The translations under genes were made by a program, and so were the position numbers. Below the pieces are notes generated by a model that ran no database searches, was not told the origin of the DNA, and saw nothing but the letters and a program-made list of their open reading frames with translations. This document shows, piece after piece, positions 51,930-64,000 of a DNA stretch of 64,000 bases (its first letter is position 1; every line of letters begins with the position of its first letter). This DNA is from Lama glama (taxonomy: Eukaryota): assembly GCA_028534125.1 (NCBI GenBank), contig CM052817.1:44022001-44086000 (forward strand). Direction: 5' to 3'.

Positions 51930-54885
51930 TTCTAAGTCCCTGTCCCAGCTCTGTGGTGTAGAGAGCAAGAGAACAAGCAGCTCCCCTCCATGAGTTTCAT
52001 GGGTGGTATGTTTAGGTGTGCAAGTGACCGGAAGAATCTTATCAGTTCAGGGTAGCTGGTCGGGGTTCCTGAAGGCATACTGGAAATATGAGGAAGGGAA
52101 ACAAATTGCAGTGGAAGTACAAGACAGAAGACTGGAGGCATTTCCATACTTGTTATTGGCTTAGGCAATACATGTGAAACCTCTAGTCAGTTAACTGTCT
52201 CAAAGTTCTGGGGAACACTGGAGTCATTAAGCCTCAAATTCCTTAGTGAAGTTAGCAAAGTTCATTTTAGAAGTTTCTCTTAACACAGCTTATGTGTAGC
52301 TGCTCAGAATTTCAGCCTCTCAGGTGCTAAGAAACACATTGCTGAAACACATTAGAGCTAGATTCTTCCTAAAGGCCTAGACGGTTTCAACATCTGAAAT
52401 CTCCCAACCCTGTGTGCAGTCTCTAGTATCTTCCACCACTCCAGGAGAAAGCACCCTGCCACTGGGCATGGGGTCAGGTATCTTCAACTGCTGAAGTGTT
52501 ACATGTGATTAGCAACTGGACATGAACTTATCACCCATGAAGAACTTGCCAGAGCATACCAACCCAAAAGCAGGTCTCCATGGCCTTAAGCCCATCAAAA
52601 TGAATCACATTCCTGTCTCTGAATCTGGTATAGGGAGAGCCTTACTTCGAGATGTCCAATGTTGGAAAGGCACAACAAGAAACTAAAAGGAAGTTCTTAC
52701 ATGTTCATTAAAGGCAAAGCACCCTACAATGGGTTCATCCTGAGACAATTGTCCATGCCTAGAGAAGTACCATGGTTCTAGAAGCATTTAGTGAGCTTAC
52801 TGTCCCAAGGAAAAAGGGTATCTTTTGGACCTACGATCTGAGTTGACATTAATACCTGGAGACCCAAAACATCATGACCCAAAACATCATTACAGATATA
52901 TGGGGGTCATAATAAACAGAGTCCTGACCAACGTTTGGCTGACAACTGATCTGGGGACCCACCCAGAACTCATTACTCTTGTCTAAATAGAATTGAGATT
53001 AACATACTTGATTGGCATTTGGAATAACCCCTACATGGGATCCTTGGCATATGAAATAAGAGCTATCACTGTGGGTAAAGCAAGTGACTCATTTTCTGAA
53101 ACTGGTGTAATATCTAACTGGGTTTAGGGGCAAACATATTGCCTGAGGTATGGCCAAGATTAGTGTTATCCTTAGGAATCAAGCAAAAGGGTTAGTGGTC
53201 CTTGTATCTCAGTTTAATTCTATACTCCTAGCCCAGGATTAAACTAAATAGGTACTGGAGAGTGACTGGACTACTTCAAGTTCGGCCAGCTATTAGCCTT
53301 GACTCCCAGAGGATGAGGTTTCAAGCAGTACATCTGACCATCTGTATGAAGGGGCCCAAGATGAGAACGTGCATGAACACATGGGCAACAGCCTAGCTAT
53401 CCACTTAGCAGCCTGCAAGGTAGACAACTGAAGATCAAAGACAAGGAGATACTGGGTAGAGGAATGTGGATGGACATATGGGAGTGGGCATGAAGCATGA
53501 TTTTTTTCTCATGTTAACACTCACCAGAAAAGATCCACAGGGAAGGCACTAAATAACCAAGTAGATACAGAGACTGCCCCTGACATCAGCCAAACTTTCA
53601 GTTGAACTGTATGAATGAATCAAGTGGCCACAGTGACAGAAATAGAACCTACAGATGGGCCCAAGTTTACACATTTGCTCTTACCATAGCTCATCCATAG
53701 CTACTGCCTATGGATGTCCAATCTGCCAGCAATAGAGATCAGCACTGAAGCCTAAGATGCTAAGATGGACAGTATTCATTTATTCTTCAATTCCAAAGTG
53801 CTTTGTGGCAAGCCAACTACACTGAGCACCTTGCATCCTAGGACCTGAAGTTGCTTCCCATAGTAATAACCACCTGTTCTGGGCATGGGTTTGCCTTCTC
53901 AGCCTCTAAGACTCAATCAGCACCACTATTTGTGTGTACATGGGATCTACAAAAAATTGCACATCATAGCTTGTAACCAGGGACCCAACTCAAAGCAAAG
54001 AGTGTGGGATGGACCGTGAGATCCACTGGTCACTTCACATATTGTACCACCCAGAAGCTTCTGGCCTCAGTGTTTGTATCCTGCTGAAAGAAAACATAAT
54101 TACCAGCTCCTAGACAATACATTGTATAATGTGATACCATCCTCCAGGAAACAATTCATATACAAGTCAGACATCTATATACTTTTCTGTCCCCAGTAAG
54201 ACAACTACATGGGTCCTAGAACCAGGGAGTACCCGACCTACCATCACTCACAGTGACTCACTGGGGAACTCTGATTCTCATCCCTGCAACTCCTGGCTTG
54301 ACAGAGTTAAAGATGTTTGTCCACAAAAGGTATGCAGTCTTAGCAAAGGACCCACAATGGGTTTCACTGAACCACAAGCTATAACCTGCTACCATGGTAT
54401 TTGATTCAGTGCCCAAGAACCAGTCAAGAAAAAGTCACCATTACGGAAAGATTAATTAACCTTGATCAAGAGGAGGTGATGTTGCTGTTACAATAATGGC
54501 GAAATAATGTCTGTGCAACTAGGGTGATCTAACTGGGTACTTCTCTGCATACCCTTGGCCCAACTATAACTGAGTAGATAAACGTGGAAACCCTGGCCTG
54601 TGAAGAGAATGGCCTCTATCACAGTAGGTCCTTCAGGCATGAGAGATTCAGTCTCTACCATCATGACATGCAAGGGTGATAACTGAGGGTGAGAATATTT
54701 AGAATGGTTAGTGGAGGAGGGAGGTAAGTACCCATCCAGCCTAGAGAGTAGTTACAGCACTGGGAGCTGTAATTCCCACTCATCTCCCTCTTATGAGACT
54801 TCTCAGGAAGAGGAGCCCACAAACTATAAAGGAGTTTCCCAGAAGAGCATGGAGAAGTGTGTCTGTACAGCACAAGGGATGAACT
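51930..54885 (+). mobile_element. Decayed ERVL internal region
   Basis: Integrase zinc-finger remnant (caagtggccacagtgacaga...gatgtccaatctgccagcaa, i.e. SGH...CPICQQ) at ~53620-53735, followed by ERVL 3' region and an LTR. Confidence 0.7.
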
Positions 54886-54887
54886 GC

Positions 54888-55255
54888 TGTAGCCAGGGCA
54901 CCATGCCCCTCAAATCTCCCCTCAGGGCAGAACCTGCTAGAAACATTGGAGTCAGCTGACAGCTTTCTGCCGTAGTGCTTCAGGATCTGCTATATTAATC
55001 AAGCCTAGAATATCTTCTTCCCAGGAAGTGATTAGTCAAACCCTGAGCACAGGGCAGTACTCATCATTTCTACCCAATCTGAGAGTCCTCTACCGGCCAT
55101 CTTAGTACTAGAACTCCCTCTCAGGATGGCCAAGACTAGACTGCAGAGCTGGACTGCAGTCCCGGGCTCTTCCTAGTCTTCCCCTTCTTTCTCAGGTGCT
55201 GCAATGAAGTGTCGAGGTTTTCTCAGCCTGCTCCTGTTCCATATCTCCTTCCCAA
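54888..55255 (+). mobile_element. LTR16A-like 3' LTR
   Basis: Collinear with 13470-13917. Confidence 0.65.
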
Positions 55256-57221
55256 CCCCAGCTTCATCCTCCTGCTAGGACTGCCTGCCTGTGAATGCAT
55301 GCCCTCTAGACCTGCACTCAGTTGCAACCAAATATGTTAAAATGCAAAATCAAATCCAAAGGACACTTTTGTCCTCAGAACTCAAGTCAAGAAACTGGCC
55401 ATAATCCATAACTAAAAGTTCACATGCTTGTTTGTGAATGAGTTTTAGGAAATGCAAAATGCCATTAAAAGGACACTGTATCTGTATAACTTGGGGCTTT
55501 TTCCTGTGACAGGAGACTAAAATATCTCAACACTATGGGCTTGAAGACAGACATGCTCTGTAGCAGATAACTATTTGTGGCTTACTGAAACAGCCTCACA
55601 GGATAATTAAAAACTTACTTCCCCTGCCCCCACCACCTCAAGAGGTGCTAGAGCTCTTGCCAAAAGCTTCTCAAAGCTTGTCCTAGGAAGTCCCTCTTGA
55701 CTCTCAACCCTTACCACAACGGGAGAGTCCTCCAACAGTATGTCAGGTATCTTACCACTGTAATCCCTCCTGCCTAATCTTGACCACAGCAGAGGTATTC
55801 TTCAAAGTGTTTCATTTTTGCCCTCAGTTTAACCCACCCAATCTGACATTCCTTCTTAGGCAAAAACCCCAGCCTCTAAGACCTTAGTGAAGTCTTTCAT
55901 CTAGACAACGCCTGATGTAGACACTTATGAATTTACTTCTGACAAAAGTTAAGAACTAAGTATAGCATGGGAAGTGGAGTGTGAACACCGTCTTCAAGCC
56001 ACACTGTGGCACTGGAAGCTTTTCAATAATCCCAAGACCTTCTGAACAGACCGGACACAACAGATAAGTCTGTTATCCCAGGAGGTTAGAGTTAGACCCT
56101 TTCCTGGGAAGCCAAGCTCATTGTGTGCCCAAACCAGCTTATCTGGGAAGAAATGCTTACCTAGAATTTCTTTGATAGAGAACCATGGAAGTTCTGATAT
56201 ACTCCATTGCCCAAGAACCCTACACTCATTTCCATGTGCAGTAGGACCTGGCTGAGTTCCAGGTCTGACTGCACCTTTAGAGTAACTGCCTAGGAGAGTG
56301 GTATTCCCTCACCAGGAAGGAGAGCCTCACCCTGCTACTCTGCTGGTGTCACACATCATTGGGAGCAACTGGGAGACTTGAAAACCCTTAGCCTGGCCTC
56401 AACTCTTTTGTATCCTGCCATGGAGCCATGTATGTAGGACCAGCAGCAGAGTGTGGCTGTTGCCTCTCTAGGCTATCTTGTCAAGGCACTGCAGCAATTC
56501 AGATTCCAGGTCAGGATTTGAGGTGCCATTTATCTCACTTTCCCCACGTGATTCTGAAACAATTGAAAACTAGACCACAAGTCATAGGTTCAGACTACCT
56601 CGGTTACACTGCATCAGAACCAAGCTTGGAAGAAATAGTCCCCCTAAGCCAGGTTGAGTGAACCTTCCATCCTAAGGTTGAGAAACCCCGCTTAGTGAGC
56701 AGTTTCCCACACAAACTGGAGAGCGCTCTACTCTGAAAAAAGTAAAGAAAAGGGTTCAGCTAGGTATGCCCCATGAACTGTTCCTCATCTCATTAACCCA
56801 GTTCCTCTTCTTCCCTTGGATAAGACTGAAGGGATAGGAAGGAAAGTAGCTACAAAAGAACTTCCTAGTATTTTGTAAAGAACAGGAATTCTGTATTACA
56901 AGGACAGCAGAATCACCCTGTGGGCCAGTTTAAGCAGTTTTCCAACTCACTTGCCCAACCCCACTTCTCATCCCAAAGGACCTCTAACTGCTTTAGGTGC
57001 ACATCCCAGTGGATACTGGGAAAGCAAACCTGACATTACCCACCCACAGAAGACACAACTTGAACTTAGAGCAGCCAGCCCTAATCTCCAGAACAGACAA
57101 AGCCCCAAGCCTTTTTTTTTTTTTTGTAACTCACCAATTTCCTAGCAAAGGTTTTTAAAACTATCAACAACTACAGGTAAGAACCCTGTAGATTTGTTAT
57201 ATGGGCCAAGACTGATTTCCT

Positions 57222-59725
57222 ATTTTTTTTTAACTTTATGTATTTTACAATATCATATTTCTTAAATTGAAGTATAGTTGATATACAATATTATGTGTAT
57301 ACAATATAGTGATTCACAATTTCTAAAGGTTATAGTCCATTTATAGTTAGTATAAAATATTAGCTATTTCCCCATGTTGTACAATACATCCTTGTAGCTT
57401 ATTTTATACCCGATAGTTTGTGCCTCTTAATCCTCCACCTCCATCTTGCCCCTCCTCCTTCCCTCCCCCCGCTGGTAACCACTACTTCCTTCTCTACATC
57501 TGTGAGTCTATTTCTTTTCTGTTATATTCACTTGTTTGTTGTAATTGTTTTAGGTTCCACATGTAAGTGATATCTTACAGTATGTCTTTCTGTCTGACTT
57601 ACTTAACATAATGCCAAGTCCACCCATGCTGTACACCAAAAACTCGTACATTTTAAATCAACTGTATTTCAATTAAAAAGCAGATAAACAACCCATTTTA
57701 AATATGGGCAGAAGAACTGAACAGACATTTTTCCAAAAGAGGAAATGCAGATGGCCAACAGGAGCATGAAAAGTTGCTCAACATCAAATATCAGGGTAAT
57801 GCAAATCAAAATCACAATAAGACACCATCTCACACCTGTCAGAATGGCCATCATCAAAAAGAACACAAATAACAAATGTTTATCTGTGTTTAGCCTTTGA
57901 TTTCTCCATCAGATTTAAAGGAGAGCTTTGCTGGATAGAGTATTCTTGGTTGTAAATTTTCCCCTCTCATCACTTTAAATATATGGTGCCACTCCCTTCT
58001 GGCCTATAGAGTTTCTGCTGAAAAATCAGCTGATAACCTTATGGGACTCCCCTTGTATGTTACTTGTTGTTTTTCTCTTGCTGATTTTAATATCTTCTCC
58101 TTATCCTTGATTTTTGTCAGTTTGATTACTATGTGCCTTGTTGTGTTCCTCTTTGGGTTGATCCTGTGTGGAACTCTCCATGCTTCCTGGACTTGGGTAA
58201 CTTCCTTTCCCAAGCTGGGGAAGTTTTCAGTTATCTCTCCAAAATCTCTCAGGTCCTTTCTCTCTTCTCTTTCTGGTATCCTTATAATGTGAATATTAGT
58301 GCACTTCATGTTGTCCCAGAGTTCTCTTAAACTATCCTCATTTTTCATTATTTTTCTGTTCTGCAGTAGTTATTTCCACTCATCTGTCTTCTAGCTCATT
58401 GATCCATCTTCTGTCTCATTTAGTCTATTCTTGGTTCCTTCTAGTGTGTTATTTATTTCAGTAATTTCATTCAACTCTGGGTATTCTTTGTATTTTCCAA
58501 CTTTCTGCTAAAAACTTCATTCTGTGCATCTACACTCCTCTTGGTTCTCTAAACATCTTCACCATCATTACTCTAAACTCCTTTTTCTCAGATAAATTGC
58601 CTATCTCCTCACTTATTTCTTCTTCTGGGATTTTATCTTGTGCCTTGGCCTGGGAAATATTCCTCTGCTGTGTCATATTGTCTTTCTATTTGTATTTTTA
58701 GGTAGGTTAGTTTTGACCTTGGAGAAGTGGCCTGCTGTGGGAGGTGACCTATGCGTCCCAGCAGTACACTCATCTCTTGTCACCCAAGGGCCAGTGGCCT
58801 GCTGGTCCCAGTGTAGAGGCTGGTCTGTGTTTGTGGATTCCTTCCACAGGCCTTGGGATTGTTGTTTTCTTATTTCTGATATCTTCCCACTGGTGAATGA
58901 GTGGACTAGAGGCTTATGCAAGTTTCCTGGAAGGAGGAGCCAGTGCCTGCCCACTGCTGAGTGAATCTTGGTCCTGGATCTCTCGTGGGTAGGGCCATGT
59001 CTAAAGGCATTTATGGCTCAGGAAGTCAGCAGGTGGGTGTGGCTGTGTTCCCACTCAGTATGTTGTTTGGCCTGAGGCTTCCCTACAGGCTGTTGGGCAG
59101 GGCTGGGTCTTGGTGCTGATGATCCAATCAAGATGTCAGCCTCTAGGAAAGCTCATGTAGATGAACACTCCTGGAATGTCCACCAACAGCTTTTATGTCC
59201 CCTGGGTGAGCCACAGCTGTCCCCTGTGTCCCCAGGAGAACCTCCAAAACCAGCAGGCAGGTCTGGCCCAGATTCCTATGAGGTCTGCCGTTGGACCTGG
59301 CACAAAGATTCTGTGTATCCTTCCCAAGAGAATAAAGTCTGTTTCCCCTAGTCCCATAGGGATCCTAGAGTTAAGCTGCACTGGCCTTCAAAACCAGATG
59401 TCCTGGCATCTCCTCCTCTCAATGCCAGAACCCTGGGCTGAGGAGCCTGATGTGGGGCTCAGAACTCTCTCCTGTGGGAGGCCCTCTGTGACTTAGTTAT
59501 TCTTCAGCGTTTGGGTCGCCTACCCAGGGGGTAAGGGGTCTGATTATATCGTGAGCAAGCCCATCCTACCATCCTGCTGTGGTTCCCCCTTTATGTTTCC
59601 AGTTGAAGGATCTTTTTTGCTAGGTTCCAGTCCTTTTTTTTCTGATGGTTGTTTAGCAGTCAGTTGTGGTTTTGCTGTAGCCACGAGGCCATGGTCCTAC
59701 TAATCTGCCATCTTGACCACAAATC
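57222..59725 (-). mobile_element. Rearranged L1: 5'UTR+ORF1 (59725-57887), inverted ORF2 piece (57681-57886), 3'UTR (57630-57222)
   Basis: ORF 58004-58348 is ORF1 (LRELWDNMKCTNIHIIRIPE...RHIVIKL...YKGSPIRLSADFSAETL). The 5' end reads gtcaagatggcag on the minus strand. Confidence 0.88.
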
Positions 59726-60579
59726 CTCTCCTTTCTATTTTTGACAGATTAATTGTAAACTTGGTAACTTACTGGTTTTCTCTTTGAATCTGTCACTTAT
59801 TCAAGGAAACAGCTGACTCTTTACAAAATATAGCAAGAAAACAAGACTTGAAGTCTTCAGAGTGCTTAAATGCTAGAAATTCTTCTATATGATATACCCC
59901 CAACTCTATTTCCTTTCCCTTAGTATAAACCTTGATAATGTCAATGGGAGTTTTGTACCTATAGTACAATTTGGTCATCTCATGGCTTCTAGGGATATGA
60001 CAAGACTATTCAGTCAGCACTGCAGGAATGCATGGCCAAGTAGGTATGCAGTAGGCTTCTCCCTGCCATCCACTGCACAGTCAATTCTATGTGGCCTCTG
60101 GACCATCTAAACCAGTGGTCATGGCCTCAATCCTCTCCAGCTCCTATATATCCAATGTTTCACTGTTCCCCTTCCCAGTTAGAGCAGGAGTCCCAGCCTT
60201 TCTTTCTCCATAAAAGCAAAGGAAGAATTTATTCAGGGAGTCCTCAAATCCTTGCCCTTTGGAAGCCAGCTAGAGTGAGACAGACCCTTTGAGGACAACT
60301 GTAATTCCATGTCCTTCTCTAGCCCCAGACTTGATTACAAGACAACCCTTTACCAGAAGGACCAAAGGAACTCTTGTCAGCTTAGTCTCAGGTTCTCAAT
60401 TCTGACATTGAACTGTGTGCAGGACTTTCCCCCCCAACTTCAACATTTCAATTGTCATCTGAAGTCAGGTTTCAAGAAAACTCAGAAATCCAGTCACAGC
60501 AGTTCCTGTACAGACAGGCGTGGGGAAGGTCCCATGGCCATGTCTGGGTATGCCTTCATTAAAACTCATAACTACTATC

Positions 60580-61063
60580 TGATCAAAGACCTCTGAGCAA
60601 GGTAGGATTACTAAGACATGACTCATCAAAATGGTGCATTACAATGTCAAGACTTTGTGGTGGGGGTGGGGGAATAGAAAAGGAGTTTATTAGGGGCACA
60701 CGGCCATAGACAATGGCAAGCCACACAGATGAGAGGAGGCTACGTGAGCACCAAGGGCCAGTTGGAGTCTTTTTATAAGGTAGAGTCACAAGGTGCCTGA
60801 TCAGCTCGTGCACAAGTCTGATTGGCTGTGGTTGAGGTAAGAGGTTTAGGGTCTGAAGGGCTGTGAGGCTTATGACTGATAAGATGGCCTAAAATGAGCC
60901 AGCCTGAGCTATTGGGAGATTAGGCATTACCTAGGGCTTTTAGCTTGTTAGGGCAAACATTCCCAGTAAAGAGTGTACTTTATCTGTTGAGGGATTGCAG
61001 GCAGATATCTGAGAGCCCAGGAATGAGGTCTCTGGACCTTGAAGGATATCAGTTGGCCCAACA
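60580..61063 (-). mobile_element. 3' LTR of a class I ERV
   Basis: Minus strand: PPT-like agtggggaa then TG start; CCAAT (~60822), TATAAAA (~60775), AATAAA (~60688); ends in CA. Confidence 0.8.
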
Positions 61064-61358
61064 TTCCCCACTGACAGATTGGCAGTGACAAATCTTTCAA
61101 ACAGGAGCAAAGGTCTCATCTTCGGTAACTACTTCCTGCTGAACTGTGGGCATCAACCATCCCTGCCTCTCCTGCCAATCTGTCCAGGATTATGGGGCCC
61201 CGACATCCCTGTAGCCTTAAAGGTGGAAGCGGAAGGAGACCCCAGTGGCATTAAGGGCTGCATCACCAGGTTGTTGGCTTGGTTCATGGTGGCAATCTTG
61301 GTAGGAAGGGTGTGTTTGTTCCGAAGTTCAAGGATCTTGGACCCATCAGCGACTTTTA
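61064..61358 (-). mobile_element. ERV internal 3' end, truncated by the gap
   Basis: The cagcaggaagtag motif typical of ERV1 sequence just upstream of the 3' LTR, next to the PPT. Confidence 0.65.
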
Positions 61359-61858
61359 NNNNNNNNNNNNNNNNNNNNNNNNNNNNNNNNNNNNNNNNNN
61401 NNNNNNNNNNNNNNNNNNNNNNNNNNNNNNNNNNNNNNNNNNNNNNNNNNNNNNNNNNNNNNNNNNNNNNNNNNNNNNNNNNNNNNNNNNNNNNNNNNNN
61501 NNNNNNNNNNNNNNNNNNNNNNNNNNNNNNNNNNNNNNNNNNNNNNNNNNNNNNNNNNNNNNNNNNNNNNNNNNNNNNNNNNNNNNNNNNNNNNNNNNNN
61601 NNNNNNNNNNNNNNNNNNNNNNNNNNNNNNNNNNNNNNNNNNNNNNNNNNNNNNNNNNNNNNNNNNNNNNNNNNNNNNNNNNNNNNNNNNNNNNNNNNNN
61701 NNNNNNNNNNNNNNNNNNNNNNNNNNNNNNNNNNNNNNNNNNNNNNNNNNNNNNNNNNNNNNNNNNNNNNNNNNNNNNNNNNNNNNNNNNNNNNNNNNNN
61801 NNNNNNNNNNNNNNNNNNNNNNNNNNNNNNNNNNNNNNNNNNNNNNNNNNNNNNNNNN
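61359..61858. other. Assembly gap (500 N)
   Basis: N run. Confidence 1.
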
Positions 61859-63500
61859 AAACTTCTAAAAGATCCTGGTATCATTTGAATTATAATTTTG
61901 GTTCTAGAGTTATCAACTGCAGCAAATATAAACAACAATATTCCTCAACATATTAACATGTTTTTAAAAAGTGAATTGCTTAGACAAAAACCACTGATTT
62001 GCCCAAGGTCATGAAAGGAATGAGGGGTAGATGAGAGCATTTTTTCCTAACTTAAGCTTCTGTACTAAACCCTAGGTTATGCCATCTTGTAAAACTCGCT
62101 CAGTGCTAGAGAAACAAATTAGATGCATTGTTTAGGAATGTTTGTTTAACCTAAATTGCTGTTAATAAACTTAAAGAATCTGTTTCATACATTAGGAAAT
62201 TATAAAGAGAAACATGATTATTTTCTGAGTAATTAGATATTTAGTGAGTTATTTTTTCAATCTGACAGTTGATTGCAGAAATGAAATTGACAACTTTAAC
62301 AAGTTCAGCAAAAGATGCTTGTAAACATGATGTATTAAGGTCTTCTAGTCGATCTTTTGTTTTCGATGAAAACATTCTAGCAAAGCATTCATGTTTCCCG
62401 GTATTCATTGGTGCTCATTGATCAAATCTTGAACAGCATCCTTCGTCTTTTAGGCTAATTCTTCTGTTATCTTTGGATCATATGGAATGGGGTCACCTAA
62501 ATAGGTGCTTAACTTCACAGGAAGACCCCCATACATTGGAGCAAATGGATAGCTGAACTTTTCATAAAGCCACCTAAATAACCTTGTTCCTCCAAGTGAT
62601 CTAAATCCTTCTCGAATATTTTTAAACATAGGAATAATGGGCACTTTCGTGTCAATTGCAACCTGAGCAAAGCTATTCCAATTACCCCAAATGATGCTGT
62701 GATTTTCATGGCTAATTGGGGCTTCTCAAACTCCACCTGGTAAGATAACAAACAAGTGACCACTCCTCAGGATTTTAACACATATTTCTCTTGGACCATG
62801 TAGAGCACAAGATACATCAAGTAATAAACTAAACCCTGGAATTTTAAAGACAAAGTGAACAGCTACTACTCAGCAAGTTCTACCTTTATGGATAAAAATT
62901 TTAGCCATGAAGTAGTAAAAATCTACGGGAACATCTCCATGATAAAAAAAAAATCAGTGCTAGTCCTTCTGGTATATTTTCCATCCCATGAACTTCATAA
63001 CCATGCCAAACTGCTGCATTGTCCATCCCAGAGTTCCCACTGTCTTCCTCGCACCATCCCATAAATTATGAGGATAAGCTTTTAATACATTCTTCCTCTT
63101 ATAAATGTGCAAGAAAATAGTAAGGAAGAGAAGACAGGAAAGTAAGGAAGTGTTAAAAGTATTAGTGGTGTAAAAACCCACAGGAGGTAGTTTGCAAAAT
63201 TCAAGTAGTCCTCCAATTGCTCCACATCAAAGCCATTCAAGTATGTGAATCAGACAGGTCAGAGTCCTGTCCCGTACCACAGGTTTGATTTTTGTCTATC
63301 ATTTTTCTCTAAATGAAAATGACAAATTCAGTCTTTCTTCATCGTCATGGCAGGTCTTTAATTTTGCTACAGAAATCAGATAAATATCTTGTCCCTCGCT
63401 GCAGCGTATTATTTTTGGGCGGGAGCAGGCAGAGCTCGCCCTCACCCTGGAGCAGCGGCGAGAGCTCTTCTGTGGCTCACAGAGGGAAGTGGAGGAGAAG
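61859..63500 (-). pseudogene. TMEM68: Processed pseudogene of TMEM68 (DIESL acyltransferase); CDS-derived 63302-62345 plus presumed UTRs
   Basis: MIDKNQTCG start; FLHIYKRKNVLK-AY.HNLWDGARKTV; YHGDVPVDF; NIREGFRSLGGTRLFRWLYEKF.YPFAPMYGG.PVKL.TYLGDPIPYDP. No introns; several frameshifts and a premature stop. UTR limits are approximate. Confidence 0.95.
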
Positions 63501-63649
63501 GTGAGTTTTAATACATCATTTGTTGACAATTTTGGCTAAGTTAACTATCTCCTGAGCCTGCTGTGATGGGTTTAAAGTCCTCCATTCTGATCAACATGAC
63601 TCTATGAGACTAGTCTCCCTACTAGGGGAGTTATTAAAACTTGGTTTAC

Positions 63650-63779
63650 GGGGGAAGGTATAGCTCAAGTGGTAGAGTGCATGCTTAGCATGCATGAGGT
63701 CCCCGGGTTCAATCCCCAGTGCCTCCTCTAAAAATAATAAACCTAATTACCTCCCCCGACAAAAACTAAAAATAAAATA
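63650..63779 (+). mobile_element. tRNA-Ala-derived camelid SINE (Vic-1-like)
   Basis: A box tagctcaagtgg and B box ggttcaatccc; non-tRNA body cctaattacctccccc; A-rich tail. TSD aaaacttggttt (63636-63647) / aaaacttagttt (63780-63791). Confidence 0.9.
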
Positions 63780-64000
63780 AAAACTTAGTTTGGTAGTTTA
63801 GTTATGTTATCCTTTGTGAGCAGTGTTGCTGTCAATCCAGCCTCAACTGAAGCAAACTCATTTGTCGTATTAGAAACTGAGCCCTTGATGTACTGGCGCT
63901 CAGCATTCCTTCTGCATAACGTTTAGTGCAGTAGGTCATACTTCACTCTCTCGGTAACACCTGTCATTCTGGTTGTAATTTTTGAGTCACTGATTTTAAA

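Noticed and set aside
62345..63302. Functional TMEM68 gene or retrogene
   Set aside because: An early frameshifting deletion near codon 15, further frameshifts and a premature stop.
63650..63725. tRNA-Ala gene
   Set aside because: It has a non-tRNA 3' body, an A-tail and a TSD, so it is a SINE.
1..64000. CRISPR arrays, operons or prokaryotic defence systems; remaining short ORFs as genes
   Set aside because: The DNA is mammalian with no repeat-spacer structure. The short ORFs lie in repeats or show no recognisable homology.

Overview
Repeat-dominated mammalian DNA, very likely from a camelid: it carries a Vic-1-type tRNA-Ala SINE and young L1 3' ends. There are three placeholder gaps of exactly 500 N. 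I see no intact protein-coding gene, RNA gene or CRISPR array. The only recognisable host-gene sequence is an intronless, frameshifted TMEM68 (DIESL) retrocopy on the minus strand (CDS-derived 63302-62345). Most of the rest is L1 of several ages, ancient ERVL elements (LTR16/LTR33-like LTRs and internal parts), an MLT1 solo LTR, DNA-transposon relics, MIR and L2, plus class I ERV sequences. One class I provirus (41425-~45950) has a tRNA-His PBS, two Gag zinc knuckles and decayed gag-pro-pol. It also has an unexplained GC-rich, splice-acceptor-led segment where the leader/MA should be, which is the most interesting item here. Repeat family names come from recalled consensus motifs, not from a database search. 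I found no convincing new biological system.
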